Source: an uncultured Oscillospiraceae bacterium
GTDB taxonomy: Bacteria > Bacillota > Clostridia > Oscillospirales > Ruminococcaceae
Assembly (NCBI GenBank): GCA_964369445.1
Contig: CAYJFU010000001.1
Location: forward strand, 3,409-67,408
Reading direction: 5' to 3'
Length of the DNA stretch: 64,000 bases
Both the position numbers and the translations under genes were made by a program. The first letter of the stretch is position 1, and every line of letters begins with the position of its first letter. Of this stretch, positions 26,226 through 35,595 are shown in pieces. Below the pieces are notes generated by a model that had not been told where the DNA came from, did not search any database, and worked only from the letters and a program-made list of their open reading frames with translations.

Positions 26226-27815
26226 ATGGAGAAAAAAAATAGCACCGCCCGTCCGGTGAGACGCACAAGAAAGATGAGGATACTTGCGGCACAGCGCCGC
26301 CTTACAAACATAATCTTTGGGCGTGCCGGCGCTGTAATACTGCTGTTGTTGTTACAGGTACTGTTGTACGGTGTGGCTATAGCTATAGTGCAGATATACT
26401 TTTCCTACTGGTGGGCGGCAATGACGGCACTGTCTGTCGCGGTGGGAATATTTATGATAAATCGTAATGAACGTCCGTCGACCGTTATCACATGGCTTTT
26501 GGTGTTGATGGTTTTTCCGATAATGGGCACTCTTTTGTATTTTGAAACACGCAGCAATTTCGGACACAGAAGCATATACCGCCGCCTGCAAAGCATAAAG
26601 GACAGCACCTGTCCGCTTTTAAAGCAGGACGGTGAGGTTTACTCGCGTCTAAAACGCGGCGCACCCGGCATCTACAACCTTGCAAACTACACGCGCAAAT
26701 ACTCGGTGTCGCCGATTTATAGCGGCTCACCTGCTAGGTACTATCCCACAGCCGAGCCGATGTTTGAGGATGTTCTCAACAAAATAGAGTGGGCTGAAAG
26801 TTTTATCTTTATTGAATTCTTCATTATAGAAGAGGGGCGCATGTGGGGCGAAATATTGGAACTACTCGCACAAAAGTGCCGCGCCGGTGTTGACGTGCGC
26901 GTCATGTATGACGGCACCTGCTCCCTAACAAAATTGCCGTACAATTACCCCGATATGCTTCGCAGGCTCGGTATAAAATGCAAGGTGTTTTCGCCGTTCA
27001 GGCCACTTGTCTCTACCCATTACAACAACCGCGACCACCGCAAGATTTTGGTGGTGGACGGCAAATACGCCTTTACCGGCGGCGCAAACCTTGCTGACGA
27101 GTACATTAACGAAAAGTACCGCTTTGGGCACTGGAAAGATGCGGCGGTCATGCTGGAGGGCGAGGCGGTCAATGCATTTACCCTTATGTTTTTGCAGATG
27201 TGGAATATCGACAGCAAACCCGAGGATTTTGCGCCTTATTTAAACCGGCAGTCACCCACCACCTGCGAGGGATACATCCTCCCATACGAGGACTGTCCCC
27301 TCGACGAGGAGCGCGTTGGCGAGCAGGTTTATCTTGACATGATAAACTCAAGCAGACACAAACTTTATATAATGTCGCCGTATCTCGTGCTGGGTAGCGA
27401 GCTGAAACATGCGCTGTGCTATGCGGCAAAGCGCGGCGTTGAGGTTTCGATAATATTGCCGCGCACGCCGGACAAATGGTTTGTGTACGCACTGGGTCAC
27501 ACCTACTACAAACGTCTTATGGAGTGTGGTGTCAAAATTTACGAGTATCTGCCGGGGTTTATCCACTCAAAGGTTTTTGTCAGCGACAGCACAACGGCGG
27601 TCGTGGGCAGTATCAACCTTGATTACCGCAGTCTTTGCCACAGCTTTGAGTGTGCGGCGCTTTTCTATCGTCACCCCGTCATCAAGGATATAGAAAGGGA
27701 CTGTAAACAAACAATTGCGCAGTGCCTGCCGATGACAGAGCAACTGCGCAAAAAGGATTCATTTTATACAAAGGCTTTGGGTAGCTTTTTGAGGGTGTTT
27801 GCACCGCTTATATAA
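26226..27815 (+). CDS. cls: Cardiolipin synthase
   Basis: 529 aa with N-terminal TM helices and two HKD motifs (HRKILVVDG, IHSKVFVSD). Confidence 0.9.
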   Translation: MEKKNSTARPVRRTRKMRILAAQRRLTNIIFGRAGAVILLLLLQVLLYGVAIAIVQIYFSYWWAAMTALSVAVGIFMINRNERPSTVITWLLVLMVFPIMGTLLYFETRSNFGHRSIYRRLQSIKDSTCPLLKQDGEVYSRLKRGAPGIYNLANYTRKYSVSPIYSGSPARYYPTAEPMFEDVLNKIEWAESFIFIEFFIIEEGRMWGEILELLAQKCRAGVDVRVMYDGTCSLTKLPYNYPDMLRRLGIKCKVFSPFRPLVSTHYNNRDHRKILVVDGKYAFTGGANLADEYINEKYRFGHWKDAAVMLEGEAVNAFTLMFLQMWNIDSKPEDFAPYLNRQSPTTCEGYILPYEDCPLDEERVGEQVYLDMINSSRHKLYIMSPYLVLGSELKHALCYAAKRGVEVSIILPRTPDKWFVYALGHTYYKRLMECGVKIYEYLPGFIHSKVFVSDSTTAVVGSINLDYRSLCHSFECAALFYRHPVIKDIERDCKQTIAQCLPMTEQLRKKDSFYTKALGSFLRVFAPLI

Positions 27816-27836
27816 TACCAAGCCGATGTAATCCTA

Positions 27837-28292
27837 TTATTCTACACCAACAAAAGTTACCCCAATTATTTTAGGATTGTCCTCCGGTTTTGATTCATCA
27901 TAGATAGTATCGTCTATCGAAATCCACATACTGTATAAGCCATCATCGGATACCAGTTGTCCAACATAATAGCCCATTTCATCCACATCAAAGGTTATTA
28001 GTGGTAAATCGTCCGGAAATATAAAATTCTGCGGCATCTGCTGAATTTTATCCGATGTTGTTATATTGCCACTTTTGTAATCGCTAATCAATCCATCAAT
28101 CAGCTCACTGTATTTTTGCTCGTCAACTACCGTGGAATCGCTAACCGCCTGCTCTTGAGGTGCGTCAACATTTTGATCCACAGTCACATCCTCAGCTATT
28201 GTTTCTGACGAGGTTGCACCATTGCTACCTGAACATGCGCTTGCAAATAATAAAACAATCAAAGTAAGAAGAATTGCAATTGACTTTTTCAT
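27837..28292 (-). CDS. Putative lipoprotein, function unknown
   Basis: 151 aa with a signal peptide and lipobox (LLFASAC|SGS). Confidence 0.6.
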   Translation of the reverse strand: MKKSIAILLTLIVLLFASACSGSNGATSSETIAEDVTVDQNVDAPQEQAVSDSTVVDEQKYSELIDGLISDYKSGNITTSDKIQQMPQNFIFPDDLPLITFDVDEMGYYVGQLVSDDGLYSMWISIDDTIYDESKPEDNPKIIGVTFVGVE

Positions 28293-28307
28293 TGTGTGCT
28301 CCTTTTT

Positions 28308-28407
28308 CGAAAATACATCTACTTATCTTTCCGTTCATTCCTCCCCGTCGAAGGCAGGGAGGAATGAGAGAGTAACAACTATTTTTCCATGTTAAATTAA
28401 CAAAGCC
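28308..28407 (+). repeat. Composite repeat, family C (copy C2, left part truncated), containing hairpin 28335-28367
   Basis: gaaaatacatct...ccgttcattcctcccc-gtcgaagg-cagggaggaatgag...atttttccatgttaaattaacaaagcc. Confidence 0.6.
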
Positions 28408-28471
28408 CGGAAGTGGACAACGAAGATAAAATCGGGTGCTATTGTCCACACCCCCATTTTCTTGCTTTGAA

Positions 28472-29509
28472 TTAGTGCAGCGGTCTTGCAAAAAAACCAT
28501 CAATCGCCTTGACAAGGCCATACACGGCTTTTTCGTCTATCTGGTAATGGGTTAAAAACCTTAAAACTCCACCGTTTGCCGGCAAAGTTTTGTATCCACT
28601 TTGCAGTAGGTGCTCGCACAGCTTTTGCGCATCAAACTCCCGTGTGATTTTGACAAACAGCATGTTGATGTGTACATCGTCCATGACGCTTATATAAGGA
28701 AGCTTTGCAAGCTCGCTTGCGAGCAACTTTGCTGTTTTGTGGTCGTCGCCCAAACGCGCTGTCATCTCGTTTAGTGCGACTTTGCCTGCCGCCGCCACAA
28801 CACCTACTTGCCGCAATGCGCCGCCCATGCGTTTGCGGTTTTTTCTTGCCTTTGCGATAAACTGCTCCTCACCGCACAACATCGAACCCATCGGAGCCGC
28901 AAGACCTTTGGAAAGACAAAACATCACGCTGTCACAGTACTGTGCAACCTCTGCAGCCTCACAACCGAGCGCCGTTGCCGCGTTGAACAAACGCGCGCCA
29001 TCAAGGTGTACCGGCAGTGCGGTTTCCTTTGCGGCGGTGTAACAGTCGCGCATAACGTCAAGCTGCACGGCTATGCCGTTTGAGAGCGCGTTCTCAACGC
29101 AAACAAGCCCTGTTTCGGCGTTCAAAAAGCCGTCCGGTCGGCGCAGTCTGCGGATATCGTCACCGTGTAAAACACCGTCTGCATTGTCGGCGGTGCGCAT
29201 CGTCACACCTGCTATGAGCGCCGCCGCACCCAGTTCGTGCTCCACTATGTGTATGCGACCGCTACACACCACCTCGTCCGCTCTTTTTGTGTGGGTGAGC
29301 AGTGCCAGTTGATTGCCGAACGTGCCGCTGGGCACAAATACCGCCGCCTGTTTGCCTACAAGACGCGCGGCAAGCCGTTCCAGTTCATTTACCGTCGGGT
29401 CATCGCCGAACACATCATCACCGACCGCCGCCGTCGCCATCGCCTGACGCATTACCGCCGTCGGCTCGGTCACCGTATCACTTCGGAAGTCGTATTTGTA
29501 CTCATTCAT
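28472..29509 (-). CDS. ltaE: Low-specificity L-threonine aldolase
   Basis: 345 aa from MNEYKYDFRSDTVTEPT, with a PLP fold-type I core. The listed 377-aa ORF is an upstream read-through into a repeat element. Confidence 0.85.
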   Translation of the reverse strand: MNEYKYDFRSDTVTEPTAVMRQAMATAAVGDDVFGDDPTVNELERLAARLVGKQAAVFVPSGTFGNQLALLTHTKRADEVVCSGRIHIVEHELGAAALIAGVTMRTADNADGVLHGDDIRRLRRPDGFLNAETGLVCVENALSNGIAVQLDVMRDCYTAAKETALPVHLDGARLFNAATALGCEAAEVAQYCDSVMFCLSKGLAAPMGSMLCGEEQFIAKARKNRKRMGGALRQVGVVAAAGKVALNEMTARLGDDHKTAKLLASELAKLPYISVMDDVHINMLFVKITREFDAQKLCEHLLQSGYKTLPANGGVLRFLTHYQIDEKAVYGLVKAIDGFFARPLH

Positions 29510-29632
29510 CTTAGTATCCACCACATCTTTCCGGCAGAAATTCCGCCTATCTTCGCCCGTCTCAATCGCAATACATACAGCATGTTTCGATTTTGCCATC
29601 GGCAAAAATCAGGTTCTTGCTCTAAAGTAGTA
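29499..29632 (-). mobile_element. Family A element, partial copy (A5), abutting and overlapping the ltaE start
   Basis: The minus strand reads ...gatttttgccgatggcaaaatcgaaaca...tgcgattgagacgggcgaagataggcggaatttctgccggaaagatgtggtggatactaagATGAATGAGTA. The last 13 nt align with the family 3' TIR ...gTTGAATGACTA. Confidence 0.55.
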
Positions 29633-29657
29633 TCGCACAATTTTCGTTTCATTTTGG

Positions 29658-29690
29658 ATTACCTCCCCCGACTATGGCGGAGGAGGTAAT
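29658..29690. repeat. Family B hairpin (B9) with a conserved tail module (to ~29735)
   Basis: attacctcc-cccgactatggcgg-aggaggtaat. The tail ...acatcaagtttttgtgcAAACTGACAATGATTTT shares a 17-nt identity with 62571-62587. Confidence 0.65.
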
Positions 29691-29746
29691 TAAAAACACA
29701 TCAAGTTTTTGTGCAAACTGACAATGATTTTCCGTGCAACAAAATC

Positions 29747-30570
29747 CTATCGCCTTTTGCCGCGCTTTACGCTCTGTAGTACCGTCACCTCTTCCCTGTC
29801 AAAGGTCTTTGGAAGGACACTGTGCGGTAGCTTTACCTTAATAATGCCGGTCAGGACGTTTGCATCGGTAACATAGCCGTCACCGTCAGCGGTGCTCACC
29901 GTCGAGCCGACTGTCGGTGTAATTTTATTTAGATGTTTGTATGCCTCCTGCTCGTAGGATAGACAACACATAAGTCTGCCGCAACTTCCGCTTATCTTGG
30001 TGGGGTTTAGCGATAAACCCTGCTCTTTAGCCATCTTTATCGACACCGGCACAAAGTCGGTCAAAAATCTGTTACAGCAAAAAGCCTGACCGCACACCGA
30101 TATGCCGCCGACCATCTTGCTCTCGTCGCGCACACCTATCTGGCGCAGTTCAATACGAGTGTGAAAAGCCGATGCTAAATCCTTAACAAGTTCACGGAAA
30201 TCTACCCTGCCGTCCGCGGTGAAGTAAAATAACATCTTGGTGCGCTCGAAGTTGCACTCAACATCCACAAGGTTCATTTTGAGCTTGTGGTGAAGAATTT
30301 TTTCCTCACAGACATTATATGCCTCACGCTCTCTGCGGCGATTTTCCTCAAGACGACGTCTATCCACGCTGTCCGCTATGCGCACAACCCTTTTTATCGG
30401 TTTGTTAAACGGTTGTGTCAACACGTGGTTGCCGTGTGTGACACGCGCACAAGACTCTCCTAGGTTGGTGGTTACGATAACCCACTCGTCCGTCTCTATC
30501 TGCTTATCGCCCGGATCGAAGTAGTAGGGCGGCCGCCTTTTTTAAACTCTACTGTTATTACAGTTAACAT
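29747..30570 (-). pseudogene. yaaT: PSP1-domain protein YaaT (stage 0 sporulation/RicT-like) with an apparent 1-nt frameshift near 30527-30537
   Basis: RBS gaggaa, then ATG at 30570, reading MLTVITVEFKKGGR. The frame then shifts to ...PYYFDPGDKQIETDEWVIVTTNLGESCARV... and continues into the listed 225-aa ORF. The length of 824 nt is 3n+2, and the break lies in a gggcggccgcc run. Confidence 0.7.
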
Positions 30571-31450
30571 TGCATTCCTCTAATATTTTTTCACACAAAA
30601 GTGTCATAACAAGCTTTTGGTTCACGTTGCGTCCAAGTGCGTTTTGCGCCTCGTACACTGCGGACACAGCGGCGTTTGCCTGCGGATAACTGCCACTTAG
30701 TGGTGTAAAATCACCCTGTGCGGCGGCACCAAACAGGTGTGCAAGGCACAGTAAAAGGCATTGTACCGCCTGTTTGTCGTCGGTGCCCTTTTGCACTAAC
30801 GCAAGCAACAAGCCGTATGCGTCAGACGAAAATGCGCACTGCACCGCCTGCGATGCTCTAAGCAATAGTGAACGCTGTTTTTTTGATGCTACAAAACTCT
30901 TTAACAGTCCTATTCTACCGCGAAAGGCGCAAAAAAGCAACTGTTTTTCCAAAGGTTGCAATTTTTGTTTGTGCAAAAACTCATTAAAATCGGCATCGCT
31001 TACCGGCGCGAGTGTGTAAACCGCACAACGCGAACGCACCGTCGGCAGTATGTCGGCGGTGCTTTTTGCGGTCAGTACAAACAGTAACCCATTTGGGGGT
31101 TCTTCCAGTATTTTAAGCAGGGCATTTGCAGAGCTTGCGTTTAGTCGGTGCGCGTCTTTTATAATAACGGCACGACCGACACCGGCGAGCGCTGTCTCCT
31201 GTGAGGCACGTCGCACCTCGCGGATTTTTTCTATCTTAATCTCACCGGAAGCGCCCTCTCCCTCGACGACGGTGAGCTCGGACATGTCCGAGTGACCGCT
31301 GTGCTCCAAAAAAAGCCCTGCCAGTATTTTTGCCGCCACAAACCTACCACAGCCGTCCGGCGCGCATATGAGCGTCGTCCTACCGAGGGTCCCCTGCTGT
31401 TTACGCCGAGCGATGTCCTCTAAAAAGCTGTCATTTCCTAAAAACTGCAT
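30542..31450 (-). CDS. holB: DNA polymerase III delta' subunit
   Basis: 302 aa with a degenerate Walker A (CAPDGCGRF), LLKILEEPP and a SRC motif (TVRSRC). The synteny darA-holB-yaaT matches Bacillus. Confidence 0.8.
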   Translation of the reverse strand: MQFLGNDSFLEDIARRKQQGTLGRTTLICAPDGCGRFVAAKILAGLFLEHSGHSDMSELTVVEGEGASGEIKIEKIREVRRASQETALAGVGRAVIIKDAHRLNASSANALLKILEEPPNGLLFVLTAKSTADILPTVRSRCAVYTLAPVSDADFNEFLHKQKLQPLEKQLLFCAFRGRIGLLKSFVASKKQRSLLLRASQAVQCAFSSDAYGLLLALVQKGTDDKQAVQCLLLCLAHLFGAAAQGDFTPLSGSYPQANAAVSAVYEAQNALGRNVNQKLVMTLLCEKILEECNVNCNNSRV

Positions 31451-31773
31451 TAAATCTTAATAAACTTCTCCACATTGGTAACGAATATTGTCGCACCGCC
31501 AACCATAACTTCCAGCGGATAGGCGGCCGCTACACCCGGCCCATAAGACGCGCCGCTCGGCACAACCTCGGTGTGCTGTTTTGCACAGCCGGATATAATT
31601 TCTATAGCCTTATCTACCTTATCATCTTCCGTTACTGTCAGCAACGTTGTGTTTCCGGCCATCAAAAAACCGCCGGAAGTCGCCATGCGTGTTACAGAAA
31701 AACCACCCTTTGTAAGCAGATGTGAGACGGTCCCTGCGTCGTCCTTATTGACAATAGCTGTAATCATTTTCAT
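31450..31773 (-). CDS. darA: PII-like cyclic-di-AMP receptor DarA (YaaQ/PstA)
   Basis: 107 aa. MKMITAIVNKDDAGTVSHLLTKGGFSVTRMATSGGFLMAGNTTLL...VGGATIFV aligns closely with B. subtilis DarA as I remember it. Confidence 0.75.
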   Translation of the reverse strand: MKMITAIVNKDDAGTVSHLLTKGGFSVTRMATSGGFLMAGNTTLLTVTEDDKVDKAIEIISGCAKQHTEVVPSGASYGPGVAAAYPLEVMVGGATIFVTNVEKFIKI

Positions 31774-32051
31774 AACAAAACCTCATAAATGCTATGCTAC
31801 GGATGAGAAAACTCTCATCCATTACCTATATTATATACAAAATAGCTATAAAGCGCAAGCCGTTACAATGAATTTTATTAATTTTCGTAGGTTTAACAAA
31901 AATTTTATTAAGCATTTTGTTATTTTCAATGTATTGGCCTATTAATTCCGACCATTTGAAAGACGAGTTTTTGCTGTTTACCCTCTGTCTTGGCTTAGCT
32001 AAACTGAAGTATTCAAAAAAAGGGTTAACTTTGTGATGCCTTGAAAAATAT

Positions 32052-32088
32052 TCTCGAACAGTCGCCGGTGGCCGGGGACTGTTCGAGA
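32052..32088. terminator. Family B-like hairpin (B10) downstream of deoD
   Basis: tctcgaacagtc-gccggtggccggg-gactgttcgaga. Confidence 0.55.
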
Positions 32089-32158
32089 GAAAATTTGCCT
32101 ACTTGATCTGTTGACCTTGGGGGTAAAACCCCGTCCTACACTCGGTTATCAATACTAT

Positions 32159-32881
32159 TTACATATCCACCGCGGTATTAAGCGCTATCTCCATCATGTC
32201 GGTAAAGGAGCTTTGACGTTCCTCGCTTGTGGTGCTCTCGCCGGTCAGCAGATGGTCGGATATGGTAAAAAGACCCAGGGCACGCTTTTTGGCAAATGCC
32301 GCATTCATATAAAGCGCTGCACTTTCCATCTCGACACACAGTATACCTAGGTTTGCAAAGCGTGCTGCATATTCAGGCGAGGCATTGTAGAATATATCGG
32401 AGGAGTAGACGTTGCCGACACGATAAGACACACCTTGCTTTTTTGTGTGCTCCACGGCGGTGCTGAGCAAGTCAAAGTCCGCAATGGGGGCAAAGGTGCC
32501 GGGCAGTCGATACTGTGACACGTAGTTTGACTCGGTACTGGCGCCCATCGCAAGCACAACGTCGCGTATTTTAACCTCTTCACTCATACCACCTGCCGTG
32601 CCGACGCGTATGATGTTCTGCACGTCGTAAAAGTTGAAAAGCTCATACGAGTAGATGCCGATGGACGGCATACCCATGCCGCTACCCATGACCGAGACGG
32701 ATTTGCCTTTATACTTGCCGGTATAACCCAGCATACCGCGCACCTCGTTAAAGCAGACCGCTTCGCTTAAAAAGTTCTCGGCAATAAACTTTGCGCGCAA
32801 AGGGTCTCCCGGCATAAGTACCGTAGGTGCTACATCCCCGAGTTTTGCGCTTATGTGGGCGGTGGGTGTTTTGTTGCTCAT
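32159..32881 (-). CDS. deoD: Purine nucleoside phosphorylase, DeoD type
   Basis: 240 aa with TPTAHI...LMPGDPLRA...GMGMPS...VGTAGG...EMESAAL hexameric PNP motifs. Confidence 0.9.
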   Translation of the reverse strand: MSNKTPTAHISAKLGDVAPTVLMPGDPLRAKFIAENFLSEAVCFNEVRGMLGYTGKYKGKSVSVMGSGMGMPSIGIYSYELFNFYDVQNIIRVGTAGGMSEEVKIRDVVLAMGASTESNYVSQYRLPGTFAPIADFDLLSTAVEHTKKQGVSYRVGNVYSSDIFYNASPEYAARFANLGILCVEMESAALYMNAAFAKKRALGLFTISDHLLTGESTTSEERQSSFTDMMEIALNTAVDM

Positions 32882-33023
32882 TTTTCTTCCTCCTTAATTT
32901 ATTACTTGTAATTTTCGTTTATTTTGATATAATTAGCTTGGATAGTGTTGACACAAGTTGATTCAATTGCTTAAGTTGTCAACAGTGAGAACCATTCACT
33001 TAAAAGTCATCGGAGATGCACAT

Positions 33024-33761
33024 ATGATTACACTTGTGTCGGAATTTTTGGCTACACTCTTATTTGTGTTGCTCGGTCTTGGCATAGCCGCCCTTGGTGG
33101 TGCGACGGCCGGAACGCTCGGTGTGGCACTGAGTTTCGGCGTTGCTCTTTTTGTGGCACTGCTGATGTTCGGCAAAGGGCTCGCGGTTACCGCAAACCCT
33201 GCGCTCAGCCTTGCGCTTGCCGTCAACCGAACCATAAACTTTAAGTCGTTTTTGCTGTCCGTGGTAGGACAGTTTGCCGGTGCGCTGGTCGGTGGGTTGC
33301 TTGTTGTGCTTGTTGTGCAGTCGACGGGGCTTGGCGGTGTCGCGTACACAGGGCTTGCACAAAACGGATATTTCGAGCTGTCACCTGCGCGGCTTTCCAT
33401 GCCGATGACTATAGCGATAGAGGTTGTGCTCTCCTTCTTTTTGGCATTTTCGTATTGCGGCGCAAAAAAGCGCGAGGACAACAGTGTTGTTATTGCGGCA
33501 ACACAGGGCTTGCTGTTTTTTGTGTGTTACATGCTGCTGATACCGCTGGACGGCGGCGGTTTAAATCCGGCGCGCAGTCTTGCAAGCAACCTGTTTTACG
33601 GCGGCGATTATCTGTCACAGGTGTGGCTGTTTATAGCGGCACCACTTGTCGGTGGTCTCTTAGCAGGCCTCTTTACAATGACACGTAAACAACCCCCTGT
33701 CGAGCAGGAAACGGAGGACGAGGACGAGATACCTGCACCACGTAAAAAAAGCCTTAGGTGA
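33024..33761 (+). CDS. MIP-family channel (aquaporin/glycerol facilitator-like)
   Basis: 245 aa from MITLVSEFLATLLF with two NPA boxes (NPALSLA, NPARSLA). The acidic C-terminal tail is unusual. Confidence 0.85.
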   Translation: MITLVSEFLATLLFVLLGLGIAALGGATAGTLGVALSFGVALFVALLMFGKGLAVTANPALSLALAVNRTINFKSFLLSVVGQFAGALVGGLLVVLVVQSTGLGGVAYTGLAQNGYFELSPARLSMPMTIAIEVVLSFFLAFSYCGAKKREDNSVVIAATQGLLFFVCYMLLIPLDGGGLNPARSLASNLFYGGDYLSQVWLFIAAPLVGGLLAGLFTMTRKQPPVEQETEDEDEIPAPRKKSLR

Positions 33762-33832
33762 TACTATCTAATAATAGCTTTAATAATTATTTTTGTCAAG
33801 GTCGTTCCTAATAGGCGATAAACTCAATGATG

Positions 33833-33879
33833 TGTTTTTAATAGCTCCCCCGCCGAAGGCGTGGGAGCTATTAAAAACA
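33833..33879. terminator. Family B hairpin (B11) downstream of the MIP gene
   Basis: tgtttttaatagctcc-cccgccgaaggcgtg-ggagctattaaaaaca. Confidence 0.6.
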
Positions 33880-33930
33880 ATTAGCATCGAATTAACACGG
33901 TTGCAAAAATCTGCAAATTCTGTTACAATA

Positions 33931-34089
33931 TAGTTGTTCGACTTAAAAAAACGACACAAGATTTCCATGCGGAAATTTCGCCTGTCAACGCGTAAAATTG
34001 AGTGATGCTTTGTGCATCGCGATTGACGCTGGCGAAGATAGACGTTATCTCTACCCGGAAGGTGTTGTGGGTTTCATGTTGAATGACTA
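33931..34089 (+). mobile_element. MITE-like element, family A, short form (A6)
   Basis: TAGTTGTTCGACTTAAAAAAACGAC...gaaatttcgcctgtcaacgcg...gatgctttgtgcatc...gcgattgacgct...GGGTTTCATGTTGAATGACTA. TA flanks lie at 33929-33930 and 34090-34091, and the element is 32 nt upstream of hisH. Confidence 0.75.
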
Positions 34090-34121
34090 TATAACACAGG
34101 TATTATAATAAAGAGGAAATT

Positions 34122-34724
34122 ATGATAGCAGTAATAGATTACAAGGCGGGCAATGCCCCGAGCGTACGCTGTGCACTGGACAGGCTTGGCATCGAGTCAA
34201 AGCTGTGCGCTACACCCGAACAGTTGCAGGGCGCGACGCACATAATACTGCCCGGTGTAGGCAGTGCCGGCGCGACAATGACATCTCTTGCAGATAGTGG
34301 CTTTATCGAGGTACTGGGTGAGATGGTGGTTAAAAATCATCTGCCGTTTTTGGGTGTTTGTGTCGGTATGCAGATACTTTTTGAGCACAGCGAGGAAGAG
34401 GATGCAACCTGCCTTGGGTGGCTTGCCGGCGATGTAAAGCGCTTTACCGGTGAAGATTTGCGCATACCGCAGATGGGATGGAACAACGTCAGCTTTGTCA
34501 AGGACACCCCATTTGAGGCGAAAGACGACTACTTTTATTTTGTCAACAGTTACCATGTCTGCCCGAATACGGACACCGATGTGTGGGCTGTGGCAAACTA
34601 CGGCGGTGGTTTTGTGGCGGCGGTCAATCGCGATAACATATACGGCACTCAGTTCCACATCGAAAAGAGCGGCGAGGCCGGACTTGCGCTGTTGAAAGGT
34701 TTTTGTGCTACAAATGCAACCTAA
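34122..34724 (+). CDS. hisH: Imidazole glycerol phosphate synthase, glutamine amidotransferase subunit
   Basis: 200 aa with a class I GATase: GVCVGMQ (nucleophile elbow) and the FHIE catalytic His/Glu. Confidence 0.85.
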   Translation: MIAVIDYKAGNAPSVRCALDRLGIESKLCATPEQLQGATHIILPGVGSAGATMTSLADSGFIEVLGEMVVKNHLPFLGVCVGMQILFEHSEEEDATCLGWLAGDVKRFTGEDLRIPQMGWNNVSFVKDTPFEAKDDYFYFVNSYHVCPNTDTDVWAVANYGGGFVAAVNRDNIYGTQFHIEKSGEAGLALLKGFCATNAT

Positions 34725-34797
34725 AAGCTGCAAATGGCTTGTCTATTTGGGGTTGTCGCACTAAAGACAATTTTCACACGGATTAAAGGAGATACAC

Positions 34798-35595
34798 ATG
34801 CTTACTAAAAGACTTATTGCATGCTTTGACATTGTAAACGGTATGGTGACAAAGGCGCAAAAGTTTCAGGATAATATAGACGTTGCACCTGCGCGCGAGC
34901 TTGCCGGTGCCATGTATGACGGCGGTGTCGACGAGATAATTTTTTACGACATAAAGGCGAGCGCCGAAAAGCGCCGCATCGACCTTGTGACGGTTAAACA
35001 GGTTGCCGAGCGCGTTTTTGTACCTTTCACCGTCGGCGGCGGCATCAAGACACTTGATGACATGTACGACACGTTAAAAGCCGGTGCGGAAAAGATAAGC
35101 GTCGACAGCATGGCGGTGCGCAACCCCGAAATAATCACGCAGGGCGCAAAGGCGTTCGGAAGTCAGTGCATAGTGCTGTCCACGCAGGTAAAGCGCGGTG
35201 GTGTCAGCGAGCGCATACCGAGCGGTTATGAGGTTTTTATCGACGGTGCGGCGGTTGCAACGGGACTTGATGCGCTCGAGTGGGTTTTGCGCGGTCAGGA
35301 GCTTGGTGCCGGTGAGGTCTGCCTTAACAGCATAGACAATGACGGCATGGTAAGCGGCTACGATCTTGACATAACAAAGAGGGCGGCAGAGATGCTACGC
35401 ATACCGCTTATCGCCTCGGGTGGTGCCGGCAAGCCGGAGCATCTGAGCGACCTGTTTTTACAGACACAGGCGCAAGCTTGCATCATAAGCAGTATGTTAT
35501 ACTCACCGCGACTGCCAAAAAACTACACGATAGAGGAGCTTAAGTCGCACCTTGCGGATAAAGGTGTTAACGTGCGCCCCTATAGTGTGCGATGA
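34798..35595 (+). CDS. hisF: Imidazole glycerol phosphate synthase, cyclase subunit
   Basis: 265 aa. RLIACFDI...DEIIFYDI...FTVGGGI...ASGGAG is the (beta/alpha)8 HisF signature. Confidence 0.9.
   Translation: MLTKRLIACFDIVNGMVTKAQKFQDNIDVAPARELAGAMYDGGVDEIIFYDIKASAEKRRIDLVTVKQVAERVFVPFTVGGGIKTLDDMYDTLKAGAEKISVDSMAVRNPEIITQGAKAFGSQCIVLSTQVKRGGVSERIPSGYEVFIDGAAVATGLDALEWVLRGQELGAGEVCLNSIDNDGMVSGYDLDITKRAAEMLRIPLIASGGAGKPEHLSDLFLQTQAQACIISSMLYSPRLPKNYTIEELKSHLADKGVNVRPYSVR

Noticed and set aside
28225-28521. 98-aa minus-strand ORF between ltaE and the lipoprotein gene, and ORFs at 36719-36964 reading through the hairpin at 36924
   Set aside because: They read through repeat or hairpin sequence (families C and B) and overlap the ends of well-supported genes. 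None has an RBS.
29510-29605. 32-codon N-terminal extension of the ltaE ORF (MPMAKSKHAVCIAIETGEDRRNFCRKDVVDTK)
   Set aside because: The extension is a read-through of the family A repeat element. The internal ATG at 29509 has an RBS and gives the conserved threonine aldolase N-terminus.
499-34100. Family A elements as a riboswitch or cis-regulatory 5' leader, since copies precede hisH, ltaE and the DRTGG-PHP genes
   Set aside because: Other copies lie between convergent stop codons (501-703, 19305-19505) or downstream of genes (20131-20349). One interrupts a coding sequence, and orientation relative to neighbouring genes is inconsistent. This behaviour fits a mobile repeat, not a dedicated leader RNA.
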